This document shows positions 29,873-39,798 of a stretch of DNA of 64,000 nucleotides, one piece after another (the stretch's first letter is position 1; each line of letters opens with the position of its first letter). The notes below the pieces were generated by a model. It had not been told where the DNA came from. It did no database searches and saw only the letters and a program-made list of their open reading frames with translations. This DNA is from Candidatus Uhrbacteria bacterium CG10_big_fil_rev_8_21_14_0_10_50_16 (GTDB lineage Bacteria > Patescibacteriota > Patescibacteriia > UBA9934 > UBA11717), in NCBI GenBank assembly GCA_002774875.1, contig PCYM01000001.1, positions 1,096-65,095 of the forward strand. Direction: 5' to 3'. A program made the position numbers and the translations under genes.

Positions 29873-31414
29873 ATGTTTGAAATTGTGACTGATTTTTCGT
29901 CTTTGCAACGCATGGCGGTGACGCGGCCCGACGTGCTACTTTTGTATATCCTGATGCCAATTGGCGCGTTACTTATTTTAACGACGATTGTATGGGTGAT
30001 TAAGCAATTGTATTTGGATAAAAAAGGAGGAGAATACGCCGCCGGACTTAAGTGGTCTGTTTTGGCAATCGACATTCCAATGAACATGCAGTCGCCAAAA
30101 GCGGTGGAAAACATCTTTGCGATTGTTAAGGGAACAAAGTCCGTGGTTACAAAGAAAGAGGAGTGGCTGCATGGGAAATTTCTCACGGCGACAAGTTTTG
30201 AAATCGTGAGTATCGATGGCTATACACAATTCTTTTTGCGCACGCAGGCGCGGTTCCGTGATCATTTGGAAGCCGGAATTTACTCGCAATATCCGGAGGC
30301 GGAGATTTCCGAGGTGGAGGATTATACAAAGAATATTCCAGGTGATTTTCCAAACGAGACACATGAAATGTTTGGAGGGGAGATTATTTTGGAGGAGCCG
30401 AGCTATTTGCCGATTCGTACTTACGAAGATTTTGAGCACATGGCGAGCAAGGATGAAAAACTCAAGGATCCACTCAATCAAATGTTTGAGTTCATGGGAA
30501 AGTTGCGACCAGGAGAGCAGTTCTGGGTTCATCTGATTGTGCACCCAGGTGGCGACGGCGGGTGGTCTAAAAAGGGAGAAGATTTTATTTTAAAAACCTA
30601 TGGACGAGATAAGCCGGAAGCGGTCTCCACGGGCTCTGTATTGTTAAAGTTGTTGTTCTCGCCATTTGGTTGGATCATCAAAGAAGCGGCAACACAACTA
30701 GGCGCAGGCGTTTTTGAAGCGGGAGAGGCTGCAAAGCCTGAACGTCCAATGTTTTTTGTGCCGACGAACACAGAAAAAACCCAGCTTGATGGTGTGACCA
30801 AAAAACTCGCAAAACCAGGGTATGAATGTAAGATTCGTTGGGCCTATGTGTCACGGCACGAGACGTACAATAAGGGTGGTCGTAACACGCTTTGGAAAGG
30901 GTACCTCGCATTGTTTACGCATCCAGCGATGAATAAGTTTAAATACGATGCAGACACCATGCCACGTGACGATTATTTTTGGATGATTTGGGAGTATCGA
31001 CGTAAGCAACGAGAACTCATGGAAGCCCTAAAGGGTCGTAGCTGGGGTCATGGAAGTACGCCAATGTATTTGAATGTGGAGGAATTAGCGACCCTGTGGC
31101 ACTTCCCAACAATCGAATCACATGCACCTCTTATGGCGCGTACGGAGTCTAAACGATCCGAGGCGCCAACCTATTTGCCAAAACCTGGCGTTGGGGAATC
31201 GGAAGATTTGCCATCTGAGGAGTTGATCGAGGTTGATGAGCAAGGAAGACCCGTTGCAAGACCTGTTGATGTCGGCGCAATTTACAATAACGATCTTGCG
31301 GATATTTTGCCCACCGAGCCCATGATTGAACCTGGAGATGAGAATCAACCTCGCGACACGGATGAGACCTATGGAGAGGAGCAACCGTTTATCCCGCCCA
31401 ACCTTCCTGTGTAA
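29873..31414 (+). CDS. Conserved CPR-type membrane-anchored protein paired with a T4SS-like ATPase
   Basis: One N-terminal TM; SFEIVS, YSQYPEAEI.EV.DY, PIRTY..F, LN.EELATLWHFP. Confidence 0.75.
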   Translation: MFEIVTDFSSLQRMAVTRPDVLLLYILMPIGALLILTTIVWVIKQLYLDKKGGEYAAGLKWSVLAIDIPMNMQSPKAVENIFAIVKGTKSVVTKKEEWLHGKFLTATSFEIVSIDGYTQFFLRTQARFRDHLEAGIYSQYPEAEISEVEDYTKNIPGDFPNETHEMFGGEIILEEPSYLPIRTYEDFEHMASKDEKLKDPLNQMFEFMGKLRPGEQFWVHLIVHPGGDGGWSKKGEDFILKTYGRDKPEAVSTGSVLLKLLFSPFGWIIKEAATQLGAGVFEAGEAAKPERPMFFVPTNTEKTQLDGVTKKLAKPGYECKIRWAYVSRHETYNKGGRNTLWKGYLALFTHPAMNKFKYDADTMPRDDYFWMIWEYRRKQRELMEALKGRSWGHGSTPMYLNVEELATLWHFPTIESHAPLMARTESKRSEAPTYLPKPGVGESEDLPSEELIEVDEQGRPVARPVDVGAIYNNDLADILPTEPMIEPGDENQPRDTDETYGEEQPFIPPNLPV

Positions 31415-31447
31415 TTATTGACCGCACGTCCTTAACCGTCTACCTCT

Positions 31448-33535
31448 ATGGCTCGTATCCACGACCATGAAAATGAAATCACCTACTTCGCTAAAACCAA
31501 CTTTCGACAAGGTGGTCAGAAGTTTGGGATTAAAACGGACGATCGACGCCGGCACATGTATATTGTTGGAAAAACCGGTGCTGGTAAAACAACACTTTTG
31601 GAGAACATGGTGTTGCAAGACATTTATAACGGGCACGGGATTTGCTATGTGGATCCGCATGGAGATACGGTGGAGCGTATTCTTGATTTTATTCCAAGCT
31701 GGCGTTTGAATGATGTTGTGTACTTTAACCCGGCGGATTTGGATTTTCCGGTTGGGTTTAACGTGTTAGATGAAGTGTCTGGAAGCCACAAACATCTTGT
31801 CGCCTCTGGTTTGATGAGTGTGTTTAAGAAGATTTGGGAGAACATGTGGTCGGCTCGTATGGAGTATATTCTGGGCAATACGATTTTAGCCTTGTTGGAT
31901 ACCCCAGGCTCTACGTTGTTGGGTATTAACCGTATGTATTCCGATCCGGACTATCGAAGGTCCATTATTGAAAATATCAAGGACCCTGTGGTCAAACAGT
32001 TCTGGGTCATGGAGTATGCGGCATATTCAGAGAAATTTGCAACAGAGGCGGTGGCGGCCGTGCAAAACAAGGTAGGTCAGTTTTTGTCGTCCGACGTGAT
32101 TCGCAATATCGTTGCACAGGTTAAATCGACGATTGACGTGCGAGAAATCATGGATTCGCAGAAAATTTTGCTGGTCAACTTGTCTAAGGGGCGTATTGGA
32201 GAGGATAATTCGCGTTTGCTTGGCGGAATGTTGATCAATAAGGTACAGCTAGCGGCCATGGAACGTGTGGACATGCCAGAGAAAGATCGAAAAGATTTCT
32301 ATTTGTACGTAGATGAGTTTCAAAACTTTGCAACGGAATCATTCGCCGGAATTTTGTCCGAGGCGCGTAAATATCGACTCAATCTAATCGTCGCACACCA
32401 ATATATTGCACAGTTAACGGAGGAGGTACGAGATGCCGTGTTGGGTAACGTTGGCACGATGACGGTGTTTCGTGTGGGTGCACCAGACGCGCAGGAGCTA
32501 GAGACAGAATTCATGCCACGATTTACGCCGGAGGATATTATTAACCTGCCAAAATACCAAGTGTATTTAAAATTGATGATCGACGGAATGGCGTCTCCTC
32601 CATTCTCTGCGACCACGCTTCCGCCGATCGCACAGAATACGGGATCAGAAGCAAAAGTTATACGGATGAGTCGTGAGCGTTATTCGGCTGATCGGTCTGA
32701 GGTGGAGGCTGGTGTGATTAAATGGACTGGTTTGGAGGATGCAGATATTGATCAACTCATGGACCAGGCAAAGGCAAAAGGGTCCGGAAATCAGGCGAAG
32801 GTCAAACATAAATACAAATGTTCTTGGACAGGAAAAGAGTTTTCGATTCCAGTGAAGTTGGATCGCGGACGGCCAATTTACAGTGAGGAAGGAAAAGAGA
32901 TGGTGCGAGCGGCCAAGAAGGACGGTACATACGATCCTCGCAAGGATATTATTTACAGTGATACTCTGGAGCCCATCGGATCGGTTGCAGAATTGGGAAC
33001 GGATGGTTTGTGGGCGGTACGCAATGAGGAAGGGGACATTATTGGTCGCAAAGATGAGGATAGTACAAAACGCGATCGTAGGGCGGCTAAGGAGACCGAA
33101 AAACAGGAGTTAGAAGTAAAACTTGCTAAGGCGCGTGAGGAAATGAAGGAGTCTGGAGCACCAGCGGCGAGTGTAGAGGTAGCACCGACTCCAAAACCTG
33201 CAAACGTAGAGTCTCCAAAAGTGGAGCGTCCTGCACCGCGCCTACAGGAAGAGGTAAAGTCTGTCGTTGGGGCCTCGTTGAATGTTCTCAAGCAAGAAGG
33301 TGAGCGGCGTGAGGGCGAGAAGCGTAAACGCAGAAGGAAAAAGCCAACACAAGATGGAGGAGGCGATCGTGGAGGTTCTCGATCACGTTCCAATCCATCG
33401 AGGTCGACAGACACACCCAGAGATCAGCAACCCGTCATACGACAGCCGGCTGCAGATGTTCAACCAAAAACAGAGCCAGATACAAAGGCAAGGCCTATTA
33501 AACCTGGTGAGATGATCACGTTTGGGGAGGAATAA
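31448..33535 (+). CDS. VirB4/TraG/HerA-like ATPase with a degenerate CxxC-x17-CxxC tail
   Basis: HMYIVGKTGAGKT, DPHGD, YVDEFQNF, LSEARKYRL, AHQY. Confidence 0.88.
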   Translation: MARIHDHENEITYFAKTNFRQGGQKFGIKTDDRRRHMYIVGKTGAGKTTLLENMVLQDIYNGHGICYVDPHGDTVERILDFIPSWRLNDVVYFNPADLDFPVGFNVLDEVSGSHKHLVASGLMSVFKKIWENMWSARMEYILGNTILALLDTPGSTLLGINRMYSDPDYRRSIIENIKDPVVKQFWVMEYAAYSEKFATEAVAAVQNKVGQFLSSDVIRNIVAQVKSTIDVREIMDSQKILLVNLSKGRIGEDNSRLLGGMLINKVQLAAMERVDMPEKDRKDFYLYVDEFQNFATESFAGILSEARKYRLNLIVAHQYIAQLTEEVRDAVLGNVGTMTVFRVGAPDAQELETEFMPRFTPEDIINLPKYQVYLKLMIDGMASPPFSATTLPPIAQNTGSEAKVIRMSRERYSADRSEVEAGVIKWTGLEDADIDQLMDQAKAKGSGNQAKVKHKYKCSWTGKEFSIPVKLDRGRPIYSEEGKEMVRAAKKDGTYDPRKDIIYSDTLEPIGSVAELGTDGLWAVRNEEGDIIGRKDEDSTKRDRRAAKETEKQELEVKLAKAREEMKESGAPAASVEVAPTPKPANVESPKVERPAPRLQEEVKSVVGASLNVLKQEGERREGEKRKRRRKKPTQDGGGDRGGSRSRSNPSRSTDTPRDQQPVIRQPAADVQPKTEPDTKARPIKPGEMITFGEE

Positions 33536-33588
33536 CTCGTCGGTTGCACCTTGATTCATAAGGGTAACCGTGCTAGGTTGGCAACGAT

Positions 33589-34671
33589 ATGCAGGACTCC
33601 CCCAGGAAAATCTTAGTGGCAATGAGCGGTGGCGTCGATTCGTCGGTGGCCGCTGCGTTGCTTTTGGAACAGGGGCATGAGGTGGTGGGGGCGTTTATGA
33701 AAAATTGGAGCGGATGTGATTGGGAGACGGACAAACGAGATGCACAGCGTGTGGCGGCAGGTCTGGGAATTGATTTTTATGTCTACGACTTTGAGAAAGA
33801 ATACCGGGAGCGTGTGTATGAATACATGATTGCCGAGTATGCGGCAGGCCGCACACCAAATCCGGATGTGATGTGTAACCGTGAGGTAAAGTTTGACTTA
33901 CTTATGAATGTGGCAGACGCGTTGGGATGTAGTCAGCTGGCAACTGGCCATTATGCACGCATTCGCACGGAGGGGGAGACTATTGAATTATTAAAGGGTG
34001 TTGATTCCAATAAAGATCAATCGTATTTTTTATGTCGGTTGGGTCAGAAGGAATTGCGTCGAGCCGTATTCCCTGTGGGCGAGCTCACCAAATCGGAGGT
34101 GCGCCGCATTGCGCAGAAATATCACCTTGCAACTGCGGAGAAAAAAGATAGCCAGGGGCTTTGTTTTGTTGGGATGGTGGATATGCAAACGTTTTTAAAG
34201 GAGCGAATCCCTACGCAGACGGGACCGATTGTGACCACAGACGGAGAGGTGATTGGAGAACATGAAGGGATTCAATACTATACGATTGGGCAGCGACATG
34301 GATTGGGTGTTGGTGGCGGTGAGCCGTGGTATGTGGTGGATCGACGATTGGAGACGAATGAATTGGTAGTGGGACATGAGGACGATCCGGCGTTGCTCGC
34401 ACGAGAGATTCATGCGATGGATGTCCATTGGGTTTCTGGGGCAGAGCCGGTGTTTCCAGTTATCTGCCAGGCAAAAATTCGCTATCGGCAAGAGGATCAG
34501 TTGTGCACGGTTACGCCGATACAAGGAGATTACGTAGATGAGAAGGGGAATGTGGATCGGCAGGCGACGTTAAACATTCAATTTGATCAAGCACAGCGGG
34601 CTGTGGCACCGGGGCAGTTTGTTGTTTTTTACCACCAAGACGTCCTCATTGGCAGCGCGGTGGCTGTGTAA
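33589..34671 (+). CDS. mnmA: tRNA-specific 2-thiouridylase
   Basis: AMSGGVDSS, TPNPDVMCN, ATGHYA, KDQSYFL, DSQGLCF. Confidence 0.97.
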   Translation: MQDSPRKILVAMSGGVDSSVAAALLLEQGHEVVGAFMKNWSGCDWETDKRDAQRVAAGLGIDFYVYDFEKEYRERVYEYMIAEYAAGRTPNPDVMCNREVKFDLLMNVADALGCSQLATGHYARIRTEGETIELLKGVDSNKDQSYFLCRLGQKELRRAVFPVGELTKSEVRRIAQKYHLATAEKKDSQGLCFVGMVDMQTFLKERIPTQTGPIVTTDGEVIGEHEGIQYYTIGQRHGLGVGGGEPWYVVDRRLETNELVVGHEDDPALLAREIHAMDVHWVSGAEPVFPVICQAKIRYRQEDQLCTVTPIQGDYVDEKGNVDRQATLNIQFDQAQRAVAPGQFVVFYHQDVLIGSAVAV

Positions 34672-34699
34672 TAACAGTACAATTACACGAGATAGGAAA

Positions 34700-34734
34700 T
34701 AAAAACACCAAGAGCGGCACCCGAAGGCCCGCTC
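34700..34734 (-). terminator. Intrinsic terminator of candidate ncRNA 1
   Basis: GAGCGG-GCC-TTCG-GGT-G-CCGCTC followed by TTGGTGTTTTT on the minus strand. Confidence 0.75.
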
Positions 34735-34744
34735 AAGAGGAGGT

Positions 34745-34957
34745 GTGGAACGCTCGTCACCTGCTAAACTATCACCAAAAAAGCACTTATCCCGGTATAT
34801 TGGGCCGGGTACCCTATGTGATTTTGTCAATTTATATGTCCGTCTCTCGCTGGCCCCTTGGGGACATGGAGACAATTGCCGAGCGGGCACAAACGCGCCA
34901 AAGCTCGGGAAGACAGGTGCGAGGGTGGTTGTTCCAAGACCACCACGAGCGTTCCAC
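34745..34957 (-). ncRNA. Candidate structured ncRNA 1 (213 nt, family not recognised)
   Basis: 13-bp closing stem starts at the predicted +1; internal hairpins; promoter and terminator flank it. Confidence 0.65.
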
Positions 34958-34963
34958 GAAGAA

Positions 34964-34992
34964 AGACTATCAAAAAGTCCTCATATTGTCAA
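34964..34992 (-). promoter_or_regulatory. Sigma70 promoter of candidate ncRNA 1
   Basis: TTGACA-17 nt-TAGTCT with extended TG. Confidence 0.7.
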
Positions 34993-35090
34993 TAGTTTGC
35001 CTCTTTGGAGGAAATTGGAAAAGGAAGAGAATGAAGTACAGGGTAAATACTCGACAAATAGGGGAAATAGCGCTAGTATCGGGTTATTCT

Positions 35091-36884
35091 ATGGATCAAT
35101 CACACATCCGCAACTTTTGCATTATCGCCCATATTGACCACGGAAAGTCGACCCTCGCGGATCGGCTTTTAGAGTTAACGGGCACATTGGACAAACGACA
35201 GCTCAAAGAACAGACCCTGGACACCATGGACTTGGAGCGAGAGCGGGGGATTACCATTAAGTTACAACCGGCTCGGATGAAGCACACCAAAGATGGTGTG
35301 GAGTACACGTTGAATCTCATTGACACACCGGGGCATGTGGATTTTGCTTACGAGGTTTCTCGATCGCTTGCCGCTGTGGAGGGATGTATTTTGTTGGTCG
35401 ATGCCACACAGGGTGTGCAGGCGCAAACACTTGCAAACTTATATATGGCAATTGAGGCGGGGTTGGAGGTGATTCCGGTGCTCAATAAAATCGACTTGCC
35501 GGCGGCAGACGTGGCAAGTCGTAGCGAGGAACTGAAACAACTCATTGGCTGCACACGAGAAGATATTTTGACAGTCTCCGGAAAAACAGGTGAGGGCGTT
35601 GCAGCGCTGTTGGATCGCCTGGTGGAGAAGGTGCCTATGCCCAAAGGTGACACAAACGCCGAACCACGCGCGATGATTTTTGATTCGTTCTACGACGATT
35701 ATCAAGGCGTGGTGGCCTACGTGCGTGTGGTGGATGGCGCCTTTAAAAAAGGACAGCAAATGAAGATGGTTGCCACAGAAGTTGTGACGCCGATTGCAGA
35801 GCTTGGACACATTTCTCCACAACGTATCCCTGACGCCGACCTCACGACGGGGCAAATTGGCTATATAGTAACTGGGTTAAAAGATATTGTGAGCTGTCGC
35901 GTTGGAGATACGATCACCTTGCCGGGTACGCACGTAACGCCGTTGCCGGGTTACAAAGAGGTGCGACCAATGGTGTTTGCTGGTATTTTTCCGCGCGATG
36001 GAGGTGATGTTACGGAATTGCGTGAGGGTATGGAAAAGTTGCAGTTGTCCGATGCGTCTCTTACAGTGGAGCCGGAGCAATCTGGGGCGCTTGGTGTTGG
36101 ATTCCGTTGTGGTTTGCTTGGCATGTTGCATTTGGAAATTGTGCAGGAACGCCTCATGCGGGAGTCGGATGTGGACGTGGTGGTTACAACGCCGAGTGTG
36201 CGATACCGTGTGCAAAAATCCAATGGTGAGGAACTGATTATTAAGAGTCCGCTCGATCTTCCGGATCCAAGTCAGATTGCACAGGTTTTTGAGCCTTGGG
36301 CGCGTGTGGATATTGTGGTGCCAACGGAGCGCATTGGAGCCGTCATGGCGCTTGTGCAGGACAGACGTGGAATTTACAAAACCACGGAATACCTGGATCA
36401 GCACCGAGCGCTTTTGCATTACGAAATGGCGTTGTCGGCGGTGATTGTAGATTTTTATGATGCGCTTAAAACGGCAACGAGTGGCTACGGATCCATGAGC
36501 TACGAGGCGTTTGACGAGCGTCCGGCAGATGTGGTGCGTATGGATATTTTTGTGGCGGAAGACCCTGTGGAGGCGCTTTCCACACTAGTGTATCGAGATC
36601 AAGCGCATGAGGTTGGAAAGAAAATTATTCATACACTTAAAAATGAGATACCACGTCAGCAGTTTGTGATAAAATTGCAGGCGATGATAGGAGGTGCCAT
36701 TATTGCAGGGGATCGTATTTCGGCCATGCGTAAAGACGTGACGGCCAAGCTTTATGGCGGAGACGTCACGCGAAAACGTAAATTGCTCGAGAAACAAAAA
36801 AAGGGAAAGAAGAAAATGGCTGCCTTGGGACATGGAAAAGTGGAAATCCCCGCCAGTGCCTATTTAAAAGTATTAAAGCGATAA
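35091..36884 (+). CDS. lepA: Elongation factor 4
   Basis: IRNFCIIAHIDHGKSTLADR, DTPGHVDF, RKDVTAKLYGGD; likely start is ATG 35091. Confidence 0.98.
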   Translation: MDQSHIRNFCIIAHIDHGKSTLADRLLELTGTLDKRQLKEQTLDTMDLERERGITIKLQPARMKHTKDGVEYTLNLIDTPGHVDFAYEVSRSLAAVEGCILLVDATQGVQAQTLANLYMAIEAGLEVIPVLNKIDLPAADVASRSEELKQLIGCTREDILTVSGKTGEGVAALLDRLVEKVPMPKGDTNAEPRAMIFDSFYDDYQGVVAYVRVVDGAFKKGQQMKMVATEVVTPIAELGHISPQRIPDADLTTGQIGYIVTGLKDIVSCRVGDTITLPGTHVTPLPGYKEVRPMVFAGIFPRDGGDVTELREGMEKLQLSDASLTVEPEQSGALGVGFRCGLLGMLHLEIVQERLMRESDVDVVVTTPSVRYRVQKSNGEELIIKSPLDLPDPSQIAQVFEPWARVDIVVPTERIGAVMALVQDRRGIYKTTEYLDQHRALLHYEMALSAVIVDFYDALKTATSGYGSMSYEAFDERPADVVRMDIFVAEDPVEALSTLVYRDQAHEVGKKIIHTLKNEIPRQQFVIKLQAMIGGAIIAGDRISAMRKDVTAKLYGGDVTRKRKLLEKQKKGKKKMAALGHGKVEIPASAYLKVLKR

Positions 36885-36886
36885 GT

Positions 36887-37396
36887 ATGTCTTATTGGAT
36901 AAGTCGATCATTTCTATATTCGATCGTTATTTTGCTTGTCGTGCTGGGTATTGGTTGTGTGTTCCAAGTTGTGGATACGGGCAATGATCTCACGGATCTA
37001 TCGGTGATTACGGATCCCCCTCTACAAGGAACTTCTGATCAAATAACGGGTGTTCTGGTGAACATTGGCTTTAGTGGAACAGAAATTGGATGTGATCTTG
37101 CAGAGTCGGACCCAGTGGGAACACGCCGTTCTTGCAATACGGGTGTTGTGCATCTTGGGTTAGAGGAGTCTACGGGTCGCGTGGTTGATTTGGACGGAGT
37201 GAGTTGCTCTGGACAGGAAGTATTGGTACGTACAGAAGAAGGTGTACAAATGGAGTATGAGACTACAAATTGCGCCTATCAAATTGGTGACCGCTATCAG
37301 GTTGAGGGTAAAATGGGTCAATTATTGGATCAATGGGACCACGGAACGCAAGTAGAAGAATACATTATGTATAATCCTATAATAACCTCATTGTAA
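36887..37396 (+). CDS. Hypothetical exported protein/lipoprotein
   Basis: Hydrophobic N-terminus ending LGIGC; starts 2 nt after lepA. Confidence 0.6.
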   Translation: MSYWISRSFLYSIVILLVVLGIGCVFQVVDTGNDLTDLSVITDPPLQGTSDQITGVLVNIGFSGTEIGCDLAESDPVGTRRSCNTGVVHLGLEESTGRVVDLDGVSCSGQEVLVRTEEGVQMEYETTNCAYQIGDRYQVEGKMGQLLDQWDHGTQVEEYIMYNPIITSL

Positions 37397-37397
37397 T

Positions 37398-37493
37398 ATG
37401 TACAAAAGCAAGTGGCTTAAGCGCGTGTTTGCTATCATCTCTTTTGTTGTGATTTTAAGCATGGTTGGATTTACCATCGCGATTGGATTTTAG
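37398..37493 (+). CDS. 31-aa single-TM small protein (not in the ORF track)
   Basis: MYKSKWLKRVFAIISFVVILSMVGFTIAIGF; starts 1 nt after the upstream stop. Confidence 0.55.
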   Translation: MYKSKWLKRVFAIISFVVILSMVGFTIAIGF

Positions 37494-37528
37494 TAGGGTG
37501 GGTGTGGCTTAGTTGTGAATGATTTTGT

Positions 37529-39271
37529 ATGAAGAAACAAACAGCGACGTGGAATCTTCATACGCCGGTGGAGGAAGATGCCTTGCGACAATTTCCAGAA
37601 TTGGATCCCGTGTTGATGCAATTATTGTGGAATCGTGGTATCCGATCACAAGAGGAAATTTATGCGTTTTTTAATCCTGATTATGGAACCGATCTCCATG
37701 ATCCGTTTTTGTTTCGACAAATGAAGAGTGTCGTAAAGCGTATTTACCAGGCGTTGGAGAAAGGGGAAACGATTGTGATTCACGGAGATTATGATGCAGA
37801 CGGGATCTGTGGAACGGCCGTACTCGTGACAGCCATTAAAGAAATTTGTCGTCGTACGGGTATAAAGGCATTTGAGGAGGAGCGGGTACGTTGGTATCTA
37901 CCATCGCGAGAAGGAGATGGGTACGGAATGAGCTACGCAGCGGTAGAGACGTTTAAGGAGATGGAGGTGAACCTTATTATTACGGTTGATTGCGGGATTG
38001 CAAACGTGGATGAGATTGCGCTTGCGTATGCCTTTGGAATGGAGGTGATTGTGGTGGATCATCACCAGTTACCGCAAACCTGTTCTGAGCTTGCGCTCAC
38101 GGTGCACCCGTTGGTGCCAGGAGAAACTTATCCATTCAAGAAACTCGCGGCGGTGGGCGTGGCCTTTAAGGTTGCCTGCGCACTTTATGCGCACGGAAGA
38201 TCCAGGAAGGCGCCAATTCCTTTGGGGTTAGAAAAATGGTTGCTGGATCTTGTGTCCATCGCAACGGTCACAGATATGGTTCCATTGACGGGCGAAAATC
38301 GTTTATTGGAGACGTATGGATTAATGGTGCTAAATAAAAGTAAACGTGTTGGATTGCTTGCGCTCATGAACGCCGCAGGGCTGACACAGGGGAAGCTTAC
38401 GACCACGGATATTGGATTTAGAATTGGGCCAAGACTTAATGCAGCTGGCAGAATTGCAAAGGCAGACGTGGCATTGGAACTTATGCTCGAGGAAGACGAG
38501 TCGCGTGCAGACGCATTGGCAGAACAGCTGAATCAAATCAATACCGAGCGACAAAAGCTTACAGAACAGTCCACAAAGCGTGCCTTGGAGATGGTGGACA
38601 CCGAGGCCGCATTTATTGCGGTTGTGGATCATGAAACACGCGTAGGCGTTGCAGGACTTGTCGCTGGAAAGCTTGCGCAACAGCTTGGAAAGCCGTCGGT
38701 GGTCATGACACGCGTAGGTGTGCATGTGGTGGGATCGGGTCGTGCGCCCTCGGGGTTCCAATTTGTGCAGGCGATGGATACGTGTCGAGAACTCATGGTA
38801 GGGGGTGGAGGACATCCGGAGGCGTGTGGATTTACGCTTTTGGAACCGCAGATTTCCGCGTGGGTGAAGGCGATGAACATATTTGCAGCCGAACATGCAA
38901 CGGACGACGCAGGGAAAACAATCTTGGACGTGGACGCAGAGTTGGAGCTATCGGATGTTACCTGGGAACTTGTTGAGCGTGTGTCTGCCATGGAACCACA
39001 CGGTATGGGCAATCCAACGCCAACGTTTTTGGCTTCTGGTGTGCAGGTGATCGCGGCAGAAACGGTCGGTAAAACACAATCACATTTACGATTAAGTGTC
39101 GCCACAAGCACTCGCAGTATTAGGTCCTGTATTGGGTTTGGATGGGGATGGTTGGCGGAAGACCTGACGATGGGTGATACAATAGACTTGGTTTATGAGA
39201 TTGGCGTCAATGAATGGAATGGGAATCGAGAGATTCAACTACAGATCGTGGACATTCAAAAGGTGTCATGA
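37529..39271 (+). CDS. recJ: Single-stranded-DNA exonuclease RecJ
   Basis: GDYDADG, ITVDCG, DHH, GPRLNAAGR, GGH. Confidence 0.96.
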   Translation: MKKQTATWNLHTPVEEDALRQFPELDPVLMQLLWNRGIRSQEEIYAFFNPDYGTDLHDPFLFRQMKSVVKRIYQALEKGETIVIHGDYDADGICGTAVLVTAIKEICRRTGIKAFEEERVRWYLPSREGDGYGMSYAAVETFKEMEVNLIITVDCGIANVDEIALAYAFGMEVIVVDHHQLPQTCSELALTVHPLVPGETYPFKKLAAVGVAFKVACALYAHGRSRKAPIPLGLEKWLLDLVSIATVTDMVPLTGENRLLETYGLMVLNKSKRVGLLALMNAAGLTQGKLTTTDIGFRIGPRLNAAGRIAKADVALELMLEEDESRADALAEQLNQINTERQKLTEQSTKRALEMVDTEAAFIAVVDHETRVGVAGLVAGKLAQQLGKPSVVMTRVGVHVVGSGRAPSGFQFVQAMDTCRELMVGGGGHPEACGFTLLEPQISAWVKAMNIFAAEHATDDAGKTILDVDAELELSDVTWELVERVSAMEPHGMGNPTPTFLASGVQVIAAETVGKTQSHLRLSVATSTRSIRSCIGFGWGWLAEDLTMGDTIDLVYEIGVNEWNGNREIQLQIVDIQKVS

Positions 39272-39312
39272 GGTTGTTGATCCAATAATTTTGATCATTG
39301 GTAAACGTTTGT

Positions 39313-39717
39313 ATGCATGCATTATTGTTCACTGATGGAGGATCACGTGGAAACCCAGGACCAGCTGGGTCTGGTGCTGTTTTGTTTGATGAGAACAAAG
39401 AGGTGATAGACGAGGCGATGTTGTATTTAGGAACGGAGACCAATAACGTTGCAGAATACACGGCGATTATTATTGGATTAGAGTTGGCACTCGCGCACGG
39501 CGTAACGACGCTCGATTCCTATATGGACTCAGAGCTTGCCGTCAAACAATTAAATGGTCAGTATCGCGTCAAAAATCCAGGTCTTGCAAAATTGTGGATT
39601 CAGGTACGCGAGTTGGCGTCTAAGTTTGAACGCGTTCGATTTACCCATGTGCGGCGCGAGCAGAATACGCACGCCGATGCACTTGTCAACAAGGTCCTAG
39701 ACCAACACACGCGATAA
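39313..39717 (+). CDS. Ribonuclease HI family protein
   Basis: TDGGSRGNPGPAG, TNNVAEY, DSEL, RREQN..AD. Confidence 0.93.
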   Translation: MHALLFTDGGSRGNPGPAGSGAVLFDENKEVIDEAMLYLGTETNNVAEYTAIIIGLELALAHGVTTLDSYMDSELAVKQLNGQYRVKNPGLAKLWIQVRELASKFERVRFTHVRREQNTHADALVNKVLDQHTR

Positions 39718-39798
39718 TTTGATAGAATGAGAGGGTTACATAGGCGACGTGTAAGGAAATGTTGACGTTCGTATCCTCAGTGAATATCAAACGTGTGT

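Noticed and set aside
34842-34873. Resemblance of CAUGUCCCCAAGGGGCCAGC in ncRNA 1 to SRP helix 8
   Set aside because: The GNRA tetraloop and the conserved symmetric-loop bases are missing, so it cannot be called SRP RNA.
34743-35090. 116-aa N-terminal extension of LepA and ORF 34745-35137
   Set aside because: LepA homology starts at ATG 35091; the extension overlaps the minus-strand structured RNA and its promoter.
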